From assembly GCA_041686075.1 (NCBI GenBank), contig JAWLEO010000012.1:9659-73658 (forward strand): 64,000 bases of DNA, given 5' to 3'. The notes beneath the pieces were generated by a model that worked only from the letters and a program-made list of their open reading frames with translations, was not told where the DNA came from and did not search any database. The first letter of the stretch is position 1. Every line of letters begins with the position of its first letter. Shown in pieces: positions 39,657 to 49,217 of this stretch. The position numbers and the translations under genes are program-made. Source of the DNA: Bacteroidales bacterium (GTDB lineage: Bacteria; Bacteroidota; Bacteroidia; Bacteroidales; VadinHA17).

Positions 39657-41807
39657 ATGAAAAGATTAGTATCATTATTTATTGCCCTTGTTATCAGCAT
39701 GAATATGAGCCTGAGAGCCGACGAGGGAATGTGGCTTCTACCACTCCTTGAACAACTGAACATGGGCGAGATGACAGAGCTGGGCCTGGAGCTAAGTGCC
39801 GAAGAGATCTACAGCCTGAACCAACCCTCCATAAAAGATGCAATTGTTATTTTCGGTGGCGGCTGTACAGCTGAAATTGTATCTTCCCAGGGTTTGCTTC
39901 TGACAAACCACCATTGTGGCTATGGATCAATACAGTCACACAGTACGGTTGAACACGATTACCTGAAAGATGGATTCTGGGCAATGTCCAAGGATGAAGA
40001 ACTGCCGAATCCGGGTCTCGGCGTGACCTTCCTTGTAAGGATCGAGGATGTTAGCGACCGGGTATTGAAAGACGTAAGCACAGGTATGATGGAAAGTGAA
40101 AGAGCCGAAATCATTAACAAGGTAAGAGGTGAGATAGTGGATGAAGCAACAGAAGGCAACCACTACCGTGCAAATGTTAATTCATTCTTCGGCGGTAACA
40201 ATTATTACCTTCTTGTTTACGAAACATATAATGATGTAAGATTGGTTGGTGCTCCTCCCTCATCGATAGGTAAATTCGGACATGACACTGATAACTGGGA
40301 ATGGCCCCGCCATACGGGTGACTTCAGCGTATTCCGCGTTTATATGGGCCCCGACGGCAAACCGGCCGAATATTCCGAAGATAATGTACCTCTGAAGCCC
40401 AGATATTACCTTCCGGTATCAGCTAAAGGCATTGATGAAAATGACTTTGCAATGATCTTTGGTTACCCTGGAGGAACACAGAGATATATGACTTCTTATG
40501 GAGTTGAAGAAGTCTTATCCATTACCCATCCCAACAGGATTAAAATTCGGGGCATCAGGCAGGAAATACTCATGGCTGATATGATGGCCGATCCTAAAGT
40601 AAACATACAGTATGCATCCAAATATTCAGGATCATCCAATTACTGGAAATTTTCAATAGGCCAGAAGCAGGGCCTGGAACGACTCAATGTGAAAGCCAAA
40701 AAAGAAAAACTTGAAAACAGATTTACCGAATGGGTAGAAAAGAACAGGAAAAGAGAAGAATTATATGGAGATGCACTTGAGCTGATTCAAAAATCGATCG
40801 AAGGAAGGGCAAAGTATTATAACGCCCAGCAGTATCTGACCGAATGCCTCCTCCGAGGTACTGAATTACCCTCTATGGCAAGGAATGCCCAGGGCTTGCT
40901 TTCAGCACTTTCAGGAGATGATGAAGATGCTGTGAATGAGGCCGTAAAAATGCTAAAACAAAGAGCCGAAAGATTCTATAAAGACTATAACCCGCCAACC
41001 GACAGGAAAGCAACAAAAGCCATGATAAAGGTTTTCAGAGAAGATACTGACCCCTTATACTGGCCAAATTTTGTAACACAGATCGATGACGAATTCGGCG
41101 GCGATGTGGATAAATATGTTGACCATATGTTCGATAATTCAATATTTACCACAGAAGATAAACTAATGAATTACCTTACCAAGCTCGATATTGAAAAACT
41201 TGAGACCGATCCTGCCCTGAAAAACGGCATGGATGTGATGATGGTGTACAGGGATCTGATACAAAAATTAGGTCAATTTGATACAGACCTTCAAAGAGGA
41301 AGACGTCTTTATATTGCAGGTCTCAGGGAAATGGATCCTGACCTCGTCCAATACCCTGATGCTAACTTCACTATACGCCTTACCTATGGTTCAGTCCTGC
41401 CATACCAGCCCAGGGATGCTGTTATTTATAAGCATTTTACTACCATGGAAGGCGTAATGGAAAAATATGTGCCCGGCGATTATGAATTTGATCTGCCTGA
41501 CCGCCTAATAGAACTATACGAGCAGAAGAAATTCGGTAAATATGCTGACCCTGCAGGCCATATGCCTATATGTTTCCTTACTAACTGCGATATCACGGGA
41601 GGTAATTCCGGAAGCCCCGTGATAAATGGTAAAGGTGAATTGATAGGACTGGCTTTCGATGGAAACTGGGAGGCTATGAGCGGCGACGTAACCTTTGAAC
41701 CCGACCTGCAGAGATGCATAAGCGTTGATGTACGGTATGTCCTATGGATAATTGATATATATGCGGGGGCAAGCCACCTGGTGGAAGAAATGGATATACG
41801 CGAATGA
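39657..41807 (+). CDS. S46-family dipeptidyl-peptidase (DPP7/DPP11-like)
   Basis: After the signal peptide the mature N-terminus is ADEGMWL. Catalytic His is at TNHHCGY and catalytic Ser at GGNSGSPV. Confidence 0.9.
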   Translation: MKRLVSLFIALVISMNMSLRADEGMWLLPLLEQLNMGEMTELGLELSAEEIYSLNQPSIKDAIVIFGGGCTAEIVSSQGLLLTNHHCGYGSIQSHSTVEHDYLKDGFWAMSKDEELPNPGLGVTFLVRIEDVSDRVLKDVSTGMMESERAEIINKVRGEIVDEATEGNHYRANVNSFFGGNNYYLLVYETYNDVRLVGAPPSSIGKFGHDTDNWEWPRHTGDFSVFRVYMGPDGKPAEYSEDNVPLKPRYYLPVSAKGIDENDFAMIFGYPGGTQRYMTSYGVEEVLSITHPNRIKIRGIRQEILMADMMADPKVNIQYASKYSGSSNYWKFSIGQKQGLERLNVKAKKEKLENRFTEWVEKNRKREELYGDALELIQKSIEGRAKYYNAQQYLTECLLRGTELPSMARNAQGLLSALSGDDEDAVNEAVKMLKQRAERFYKDYNPPTDRKATKAMIKVFREDTDPLYWPNFVTQIDDEFGGDVDKYVDHMFDNSIFTTEDKLMNYLTKLDIEKLETDPALKNGMDVMMVYRDLIQKLGQFDTDLQRGRRLYIAGLREMDPDLVQYPDANFTIRLTYGSVLPYQPRDAVIYKHFTTMEGVMEKYVPGDYEFDLPDRLIELYEQKKFGKYADPAGHMPICFLTNCDITGGNSGSPVINGKGELIGLAFDGNWEAMSGDVTFEPDLQRCISVDVRYVLWIIDIYAGASHLVEEMDIRE

Positions 41808-41892
41808 TCATCATCTCGGTATCATCCTTCTTGCTATTGTTGTTAAATTGGTTTTAACCAACACAGGAATAATTCTACCCGCGTAAATTAAA

Positions 41893-42378
41893 ATGAATAA
41901 AAAGATTACAATCTTCACCGATGGCGCTGCAAAAGGTAACCCCGGTCCCGGGGGTTACGGCGTTGTACTTCAGACCGATAAGCATAAGAAAGAATTGTCA
42001 GCAGGATACAAACTTACAACCAATAACAGGATGGAACTGCTGGCAGTGATAAAAGGACTGGAAGCACTGAAATATAAAGGTTCCGATGTTGTGGTATACA
42101 CTGATTCCAAATATATCGCTGACGCCGTTAATAAGGGCTGGGTCCTCGAATGGGAAAGAAAAGGATTCAGGAAAAAGAAGAACTCAGACCTGTGGAAACG
42201 TTTCCTGAAAGCCTACCGCCTGCATAATGTTACTTTCCGATGGGTGAAAGGACATGGCGGAACAGCAGGCAATGAACGATGCGATCAGCTTGCAGTGGAA
42301 GCTTCGGAAGGGAATAACCTGCTTGAAGACAAGGGATACATTGAAGAAAATGAAAGGGGAAAACTCTTCGATGAATAA
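41893..42378 (+). CDS. rnhA: Ribonuclease HI
   Basis: 161 aa with TDGAAKGNPGPGGYG, TNNRMEL, YTDSKY and the C-terminal motif GHGGTAGNERCDQLA. Confidence 0.92.
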   Translation: MNKKITIFTDGAAKGNPGPGGYGVVLQTDKHKKELSAGYKLTTNNRMELLAVIKGLEALKYKGSDVVVYTDSKYIADAVNKGWVLEWERKGFRKKKNSDLWKRFLKAYRLHNVTFRWVKGHGGTAGNERCDQLAVEASEGNNLLEDKGYIEENERGKLFDE

Positions 42379-42430
42379 TAATTGCCTTATTTGCAGGGGA
42401 ATTGCATATTTGTATTAAAGAATAGGAGAA

Positions 42431-42838
42431 ATGGAAAATCTTTATATCCCACCATCGGAAGTCATGCCTGAGATAACTTTATCACATAAGGATAATATTT
42501 TCAGGATCAGAGGTTGCAGCAGGCCTGAAAATGTCAGGGAGATGTATGAACCGGTGTTGACATGGCTTTCGGACTATAAAAAAAAGCTTATAACTGGCAG
42601 ATCAATATATACCGAAAACAATCCTCTTATATTCCAACTGTACCTTGAATATTTCAACTCGTCTACAGTAAAATTCCTGTTTGATATAATAATGATAATG
42701 AAATCACTGGAAGAGGAAGGTATCCCGATAGCAATCCACTGGTTTTATGACCCTGAAGATCCTGATAGCCGTGAGGCCGGTGAAGACCTTGCCGGTCTTG
42801 CCGAAATAGGTTTTAAATATATAGAAAGACAGGAATAG
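42431..42838 (+). CDS. DUF1987 (SiaC-like) domain protein
   Basis: 135 aa. The start (IPPSEVMPEITLSHKDNIFRIRGCSRPENVREMYEPVLTWL) and size match the DUF1987 family as I remember it. Confidence 0.6.
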   Translation: MENLYIPPSEVMPEITLSHKDNIFRIRGCSRPENVREMYEPVLTWLSDYKKKLITGRSIYTENNPLIFQLYLEYFNSSTVKFLFDIIMIMKSLEEEGIPIAIHWFYDPEDPDSREAGEDLAGLAEIGFKYIERQE

Positions 42839-42842
42839 AATA

Positions 42843-43340
42843 ATGAGAGGACAAAAGGAGCTTTACGACCTGCTTGACAATCTTGATATACCTTTTCAGT
42901 ACCGTGAACATCCCCCTGTTAATACAATAGAAGAAGCAAGTAAATATTGGAAAAATTACGATTCGGGGAGATGCAAAAATATCTTCCTTCGTAACCATAA
43001 AGGCAACAGGCATTACCTTGTAATCCTTGAACACCTGAGAAAGCTGAATATGAAAGACCTTGAATCCAGGCTGAAACAGGGTAAACTGACCTTCGCTTCC
43101 GAGAAAAGACTTAAAAAATATCTGGGCCTGCATCCCGGGTCAGTGTCACCTTTCGGCCTTATAAATGACAGGGATAAACATGTTCATCTTTTTATAGATA
43201 AAAAGCTTCTTGATTTTGAAAACCTCTCCTTCCACCCCAATGATAATACAGCATCCCTGATAATCTCAAAAAATGATTTTATACGTTTCCTCAACCACCA
43301 GGGAAACACCTATGAATTCATCCAGTTATATGATGATTAA
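42843..43340 (+). CDS. YbaK/ProX-type aminoacyl-tRNA deacylase domain protein (prolyl-tRNA synthetase-associated)
   Basis: 165 aa with CKNIFLRN, GSVSPFGL and FHPNDNTAS, YbaK-fold motifs. Confidence 0.6.
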   Translation: MRGQKELYDLLDNLDIPFQYREHPPVNTIEEASKYWKNYDSGRCKNIFLRNHKGNRHYLVILEHLRKLNMKDLESRLKQGKLTFASEKRLKKYLGLHPGSVSPFGLINDRDKHVHLFIDKKLLDFENLSFHPNDNTASLIISKNDFIRFLNHQGNTYEFIQLYDD

Positions 43341-43486
43341 AGCCCTCTTTATTATTTTGCAAAAAAATATTTGCTCTTGTAATATCCTGTATACCTGTAT
43401 TTTATAAGGAAGCTACCTGCCCCGCTATTCATCCTTTTGCAATGTTTTAATTTTTTCATCGTCATTTTGCTAAACTAGAATTTGAT

Positions 43487-46135
43487 ATGAAAACTTTTGC
43501 TATCACTTTTTCCATACTGGCATTTTTAAGCCTGAATACTTTCAGCCAGGAAATACAAAAAAGAGTATATAATACCACACGGACAGATAATGCTCCTACT
43601 ATAAACGGGCAGCATGATGTAAACGAATGGACCGGGGGCGAATGGGGATCTGGTTTCACTCAGTTTGAACCATATGAGGGTGAAAAACCAACTCAGCCTA
43701 CTGAGTTTAAAATATTATATGACGATAACTATATCTATGTTGCCATTAAAGCATATGACTCATCGCCCGACAGCATTATTAACAGGATGACACGCCGCGA
43801 CCAGGTAGACGGTGATTATGTAGGGCTGTCCTTTGACAGTTACCATGACCTGCGGACCGGCTTTACCTTTATCGTAAGCTCCACCGGCGTTAAGATGGAC
43901 CTTATGCATATCAACGACGGCCAGGTGGAAGATCCCAGCTGGGACCCTATATGGCATGTTAAGTCAGGCATACATGAATGGGGCTGGTTTGCCGAGATGA
44001 AGATACCTTTTACACAGCTGCGCTTTGAGAAAAATACCGATGAGGTATGGGGTGTGGAAATATTCCGGCTCAATTACAGGGAGTCCGAGATGAGTTTCTG
44101 GCAGCCAATACCCAGGAATGCATCCGGACTGGTACATAATTACGGTGAACTGGATGGCCTTGACGGTATTGAACCAAAAAAGATCTTTGACCTGATGCCT
44201 TACGCCGTTGCCAGCTATGAGAATTATAAGGCACAGGAAGGTAATCCCTTCCTCAGCGGCAGCGACTTTATCCCCAATGTCGGACTTGACGGTAAGCTGG
44301 GCGTAACAAATAACCTTACACTCGATTTTACCGTTAACCCCGACTTTGGCCAGGTGGAGGCAGACCCCTCACAGGTCAACCTCACGGCCTATGAGTCCTT
44401 CTTCAGGGAGAAAAGACCATTCTTTATTGAAGGCAATAATATTACCAGCCTCAGCGTAGGCGTAGGAGACGGTCAGATGGGTAATGACAACCTATTCTAC
44501 TCGCGAAGAATTGGTAAGAGTCCGGCCGGATATGCCCGGCTCGAAAACGGAGAATACTCCAAAACACCAAGGAATGTACGCATACTGGGTGCCGCAAAGC
44601 TGACAGGGAAAACAAAAGACGGACTGTCAATAGGTGTCATTGAAACCGTAACGCCCAGAACCTACGCCAGAATAGACAGTGCCGGAAACAGATCAACACA
44701 GGAGGTTGAGCCGCTGACAAACTACTTCATTGGCAGGGTACAGAAAGATTTCAATAAGGGCAACACGATGATAGGTGGTATGCTTACACATACCTTCCGC
44801 GACCTTAACGCGGTGGAAGACCTTGAAAACTCACCCCTTAATTACCTTCACAGCTCCGCATTGACGGGCGGACTCGATTTTACACAACATTTTAACGATA
44901 AAAACTGGAAGCTGGCAGTGAATACAGCCTTCAGCCAGGTTGAAGGATCAGAAGAGGCCATAAGTGCAACACAGAGGTCGGCCAGGCATCTCATGCACCG
45001 ACCTGATGCTGACCATTTAGACTATGATCCGACAAGGACAAGCCTCAGCGGTACAGGGGGTAAGATGGAGTTCGGGAAGATCGGTGGCAACTGGAACTTC
45101 ATGCTTTTCTCAACATTCAAGTCGCCCGGATTCGAAATTAACGACCTGGGTTACCTCAGGGCAGCAGATGATATGATGCACGCCCTATGGTCAGCCTATA
45201 ATATCAATGAGCCAAAGGGTATATACCGCAGAATCAGGTTTAACGCCAACTGGTTTACCATGTGGGACTATGGCTTTACCTTTAAACAGCATGGGGGCAA
45301 CATGTCAGTGTTCACACAGTTTAAAAACTTCTGGAACGCTTCCGTGGGCCTTAATTATAACAGCAGGGGCATATCAACCACCATGCTCAGGGGAGGCCCC
45401 AATATTAAAATACCCGGAGGAAAAGGTATGTATTATAACCTGAACTCCGACAACAGGAAAAAACTTAGGATAAGCCTGAGTGGTAACCACTTCTGGGGCA
45501 GGGAAGAATATATGCAACGTAATTCGGCAACACTTTTTATATCTTACCGACCTTTCAATACGCTGAGCTTAAGCCTCACCCCTTCATATACTACCACAGT
45601 GAATGAATTGCAATATGTCAACCTTATGAAGAATGAAGAAGGCGAAAACACCTATATCTTCGCAGACCTTGTACAGAATGTGCTTAGCATGTCACTGCGC
45701 ATAAACTATAATATAACCCCTGACCTGACAATACAGTACTGGGGTCAGCCCTTCTTTGCAGCAGCCGATTATTCAGGGTTTAAAAGGATAAGCCAACCAA
45801 TGGCCGACTCATATGATGACCGGCAGCATGTGTTCAGCGGTGATGAGATCAATAAACTGGATAATGTATATTATATAGATGAAGATGCTGACGGGAACAC
45901 AGATTATTCATTCAGTGATCCCAGCTTTAACTTTGACGAGTTCCTTTCCAATCTGGTACTGAGGTGGGAATTTGCACCGGGCTCAACACTGTATGCCGTA
46001 TGGTCACAGACAAGAGATGCATACGTGCAAACAGGAGAATTCATACTGCAGGATAATATAAATACACTTTTCAGCGAGGAAAAACCATATAACGTCTTCC
46101 TCCTAAAGTTATCATACCGCTTTGGGCTGAGGTAA
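43487..46135 (+). CDS. Exported DUF5916 protein with N-terminal CBM9-like domain (predicted outer-membrane barrel)
   Basis: 882 aa with a signal peptide, APTINGQHDVNEW, YVAIKAYD and PDFGQVEADPSQVNLT. The C-terminus ends YRFGLR. It is a paralog of the next gene. Confidence 0.7.
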   Translation: MKTFAITFSILAFLSLNTFSQEIQKRVYNTTRTDNAPTINGQHDVNEWTGGEWGSGFTQFEPYEGEKPTQPTEFKILYDDNYIYVAIKAYDSSPDSIINRMTRRDQVDGDYVGLSFDSYHDLRTGFTFIVSSTGVKMDLMHINDGQVEDPSWDPIWHVKSGIHEWGWFAEMKIPFTQLRFEKNTDEVWGVEIFRLNYRESEMSFWQPIPRNASGLVHNYGELDGLDGIEPKKIFDLMPYAVASYENYKAQEGNPFLSGSDFIPNVGLDGKLGVTNNLTLDFTVNPDFGQVEADPSQVNLTAYESFFREKRPFFIEGNNITSLSVGVGDGQMGNDNLFYSRRIGKSPAGYARLENGEYSKTPRNVRILGAAKLTGKTKDGLSIGVIETVTPRTYARIDSAGNRSTQEVEPLTNYFIGRVQKDFNKGNTMIGGMLTHTFRDLNAVEDLENSPLNYLHSSALTGGLDFTQHFNDKNWKLAVNTAFSQVEGSEEAISATQRSARHLMHRPDADHLDYDPTRTSLSGTGGKMEFGKIGGNWNFMLFSTFKSPGFEINDLGYLRAADDMMHALWSAYNINEPKGIYRRIRFNANWFTMWDYGFTFKQHGGNMSVFTQFKNFWNASVGLNYNSRGISTTMLRGGPNIKIPGGKGMYYNLNSDNRKKLRISLSGNHFWGREEYMQRNSATLFISYRPFNTLSLSLTPSYTTTVNELQYVNLMKNEEGENTYIFADLVQNVLSMSLRINYNITPDLTIQYWGQPFFAAADYSGFKRISQPMADSYDDRQHVFSGDEINKLDNVYYIDEDADGNTDYSFSDPSFNFDEFLSNLVLRWEFAPGSTLYAVWSQTRDAYVQTGEFILQDNINTLFSEEKPYNVFLLKLSYRFGLR

Positions 46136-46139
46136 AGAT

Positions 46140-46179
46140 CCCCCTTTAAAGGGGGAAGTCCCGACTTTCTGGTCGGGAC
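46140..46179. repeat. Two adjacent GC-rich hairpins (ccccctttaaaggggg; gtcccgac tttctg gtcgggac)
   Basis: A 16-nt perfect palindrome lies at 46140-46155. An 8-bp stem (46158-46165 / 46172-46179) has a 6-nt loop. The pair starts 5 nt after the stop codon. Confidence 0.8.
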
Positions 46180-46193
46180 AGGGGGATGTTATT

Positions 46194-46216
46194 GCAGGGA
46201 GCAGGGAGCAGGGAGC
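46194..46216 (+). repeat. Heptamer tandem repeat (GCAGGGA)x3
   Basis: Read directly: gcaggga at 46194, 46201 and 46208. Confidence 0.9.
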
Positions 46217-46245
46217 CCGCCTACGTCCTCCGGACTATGGCGGGC
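46215..46245. repeat. GC-rich hairpin gcccgcc-(17 nt)-ggcgggc interrupting the heptamer run
   Basis: A 7-bp stem (46215-46221 / 46239-46245). It is flanked on both sides by ggagcaggg-type repeat sequence. Confidence 0.7.
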
Positions 46246-46301
46246 GGAGCAGGGGCACTGTGATTTCAGAATTGTATCGGATTTCGGAATAAGATTGACT
46301 T

Positions 46302-46336
46302 CTTAAATCTTAAATCTTAAATCTGGAATCTTAAAT
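46302..46336 (+). repeat. Heptamer tandem repeat (CTTAAAT)x3 + CTGGAAT + CTTAAAT
   Basis: Read directly. TAA recurs at 46304, 46311 and 46318, which places it in all three frames. Confidence 0.9.
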
Positions 46337-46403
46337 CAAGGCGATCGCTGCAACATTAATCTGTCTTCTTCGTCTTTAGTATAAATAACACTAAAAAGCA
46401 AAG

Positions 46404-49037
46404 ATGAAGAACCTGACTCTAATCCTCATACTGGTTGTGGGGGCTTATTTAACTGTCAATGGACAGGATAAGCCAAAAGAAAAAAAATATTATGAAGCCG
46501 TGCGCATCGAGAATGCGCCGTCAATTGACGGCAATCTCGATGATGAGGCATGGACAAAAAACCACTGGGAAGGGGGATTGATACAGCATGAGCCATATGA
46601 GGGCAGGCCTCCTTCACAACCGACAGAATTCAAAATATGTTTTGATAATGCCAACCTTTATGTCGCACTGAAAGCTTTTGATTCATCACCTGACAGTATT
46701 ACCAACAGGATGAGCCGGAGGGACAATGCTGATGGGGATATGGTATTTATCGGTCTGGACAGCTACCATGACCTTCGTACCTTATTTGTTTTTGGCGTAA
46801 GCTCTGCAGGGGTAAGGTTTGATATGATAATGTCAAATGACGGTCAGAACGAGGATCCTACCTGGGATCCTATCTGGCAGGCAAAAACAAGTATACACGA
46901 GTGGGGCTGGGCAGCAGAAATGAAAATTCCTTTTACCCAGCTGAGGTTTGAGAAAAACTCGGATGAGGTATGGGGGATGATAGTGGCCCGGCAGATATTC
47001 AGGCACCAGGAAATGAGTTTCTGGCCCGCAATACCACGTGATGCCCCGGGTGTCGTACACCTTGCCGGAGAACTGGGCGGACTACAGGACGTGGAACCAA
47101 GGAAACAATTTGATATTACACCCTATGGAGTGGCTTCATACAACACCTATGAGCCGGAAGAAGGAAATCCCTTTATGACGGGCAGTGATCCAAAATTCAA
47201 AGCCGGCCTTGACGCTAAAATAGGCGTGACCAACAACCTGACACTCGACCTTACACTTTTCCCGGATTTTGGCCAGGTTGAGGCCGACCCGTCGGAAGTG
47301 AATCTTACAGCTTTTGAAACATACTTCGAGGAGAAGAGACCCTTCTTTATTGAAGGCAGTAATATCACAAGCTTTAATGTGGGTCTTGGGGATGGCGACG
47401 TCGGAAATGACAACCTTTTTTATTCGAGGAGAATAGGGAGAAGACCTCATGGATACCCTTCACTTGAAGACAATGAATATGCCGATGTGCCTGCATTTAC
47501 AAATATCCTGGGGGCAGCCAAACTAACAGGAAAAACAAAGAATGGAATATCTGTTGGCTTTATTGAAAGTGTCACTGCGGAAGTAAGTGCCAAAATCGAC
47601 AGTGCAGGTCAAAGATCCAAACAGGTCATAGAGCCCCTTACCAACTATTCGCTGGCAAGGGTGCAGAAAGATTTTAATAAAGGGAATACCATAATCGGCG
47701 GCGCTGTTACCAGCACAATACGCCGCCTGGATAACACAGGGATGGATTACCTCCACAAAAATGCCACAACCGGAGGCCTTGATTTCACGCAATTCTTTAA
47801 GGAAAGAAATTACATGCTGAGTACCAGCTTATACATGAGCCATGTGGAAGGCTCTGAGGAAGCAATAACAAGAACACAGATGTCCTCCGCAAGATACTAC
47901 CAGAGACCCGATGCCGGTCATGTAGAACTTGACACTGACAGGACAAGCCTTACCGGCTTCGGTGGTAAAATAGAAGCCGGAAAGATAGGCGGAAAATGGA
48001 ACTTCCTCTTTATGTCAAACTGGAAAAGCCCGGGCCTAGAAATTAACGATATGGGCTACCAGAGAGAAGCCGACCAGGTGTTTAACGTATTGTGGACCGG
48101 TTATAATTTTACCGAACCCTTCAGTATATTCCGCAGCCTGCGCTTAAATAATAATGCATATATTGTAAATGATTTCGGAGGTAACCTGATGCAACTAGGT
48201 TACGAGTGGAATGTTAATGCTAATTTTAAAAACTTCTGGAACGCGGGTACCGGAGGTGGTTTTGGCTGGCTTACCAGGTCTAATACCATGTTGAGAGGTG
48301 GCCCCACAATGCATATGCCTGCTACCTGGAGGTACAGATTCAATTTATCAACCGATAACAGGAAGAAAATTTCCTTTTTTGCAGGCACTTTTATGTACGG
48401 GATGGCTGAAGATCTTGCATTTAATATTAGCTATAATATGGGCATTACCCTCAGGCCCCTGAATACACTTAGAATATCAATAAGTCCCGAATACTCGGTG
48501 CGAAGGGACGAATTCCAATATATTACTCAGCGCAGCTTTAATGATGAAGACAGGTATATCTTTGGAAAAATTGATCAGAAAGTACTGAGCATGTCTTTGA
48601 GACTGAATTATAATATCACCCCTGATCTTACAATTCAATACTGGGGCCAGCCATTCATTGCAACGGGTGAATACAGTGATTTTAAAATGATTACCAATCC
48701 CAAAGCCGATGAATTATCAGACAGGTACCATGAATATACCGGTGAGCAGATAACAAAGGAAGATGGATACTATGGTATCGATGAAGATACCGACGGCACC
48801 TATGATTATGACATCGGAATACCCGATTTCAGTTTCGATGAATGGAAGTCAAACCTGGTGGTCAGATGGGAATTCCTACCGGGATCCACCGCCTACCTGG
48901 TATGGTCGCAGTCGAGGGACTTCTTCCAGCCTACAGGCGAATTCGAGGTCTGGGATAATATCCACCACCTATTCACCGAGAAAAAAGCAAACAATGTCTT
49001 CCTGGTTAAAGTATCATACCGCTTTGGCTTAAGGTAA
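46404..49037 (+). CDS. Exported DUF5916 / CBM9-like protein, tandem paralog
   Basis: 877 aa, collinear with 43487..46135. Shared blocks include IHEWGW.AEMKIPFTQLRFEKN.DEVWG, PDFGQVEADPS.VNLTA.E..F.EKRPFFIEG and VFL.K.SYRFGLR. Confidence 0.7.
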   Translation: MKNLTLILILVVGAYLTVNGQDKPKEKKYYEAVRIENAPSIDGNLDDEAWTKNHWEGGLIQHEPYEGRPPSQPTEFKICFDNANLYVALKAFDSSPDSITNRMSRRDNADGDMVFIGLDSYHDLRTLFVFGVSSAGVRFDMIMSNDGQNEDPTWDPIWQAKTSIHEWGWAAEMKIPFTQLRFEKNSDEVWGMIVARQIFRHQEMSFWPAIPRDAPGVVHLAGELGGLQDVEPRKQFDITPYGVASYNTYEPEEGNPFMTGSDPKFKAGLDAKIGVTNNLTLDLTLFPDFGQVEADPSEVNLTAFETYFEEKRPFFIEGSNITSFNVGLGDGDVGNDNLFYSRRIGRRPHGYPSLEDNEYADVPAFTNILGAAKLTGKTKNGISVGFIESVTAEVSAKIDSAGQRSKQVIEPLTNYSLARVQKDFNKGNTIIGGAVTSTIRRLDNTGMDYLHKNATTGGLDFTQFFKERNYMLSTSLYMSHVEGSEEAITRTQMSSARYYQRPDAGHVELDTDRTSLTGFGGKIEAGKIGGKWNFLFMSNWKSPGLEINDMGYQREADQVFNVLWTGYNFTEPFSIFRSLRLNNNAYIVNDFGGNLMQLGYEWNVNANFKNFWNAGTGGGFGWLTRSNTMLRGGPTMHMPATWRYRFNLSTDNRKKISFFAGTFMYGMAEDLAFNISYNMGITLRPLNTLRISISPEYSVRRDEFQYITQRSFNDEDRYIFGKIDQKVLSMSLRLNYNITPDLTIQYWGQPFIATGEYSDFKMITNPKADELSDRYHEYTGEQITKEDGYYGIDEDTDGTYDYDIGIPDFSFDEWKSNLVVRWEFLPGSTAYLVWSQSRDFFQPTGEFEVWDNIHHLFTEKKANNVFLVKVSYRFGLR

Positions 49038-49040
49038 GGA

Positions 49041-49068
49041 GCAGGGGGCAGGGAGCAGGGGGCAGGGA
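49041..49068 (+). repeat. Heptamer tandem repeat (GCAGGGG GCAGGGA)x2; G-quadruplex-type motif
   Basis: It begins 4 nt after the TAA stop. The G-tracts GGGGG-ca-GGG-agca-GGGGG-ca-GGG fit the G3+N1-7 x4 pattern. Confidence 0.9.
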
Positions 49069-49116
49069 GATCGCTACGATCTTGGAAATACGTAACATGG
49101 ATATACAAAAAAATGT

Positions 49117-49164
49117 TTAAGTGGTTTATGAGTTTATTGTGTTTTTATGAAATAAACCACTTAA
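49117..49164. repeat. 13-bp inverted repeat (ttaagtggtttat ... ataaaccacttaa) with a 22-nt loop
   Basis: Arms are 49117-49129 and 49152-49164, exact complements. Confidence 0.75.
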
Positions 49165-49217
49165 TCTCTTCAACCATTTAATCCTCTTCTTGAAAACTGA
49201 TTTACAACTTTTACCTC

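Noticed and set aside
46341-46348. GCGATCGC (the HIP1 palindrome of cyanobacteria)
   Set aside because: It is a single occurrence in a non-cyanobacterial context. Only a loosely related gatcgct is seen at 49069, which is not evidence of an iterated palindrome system.
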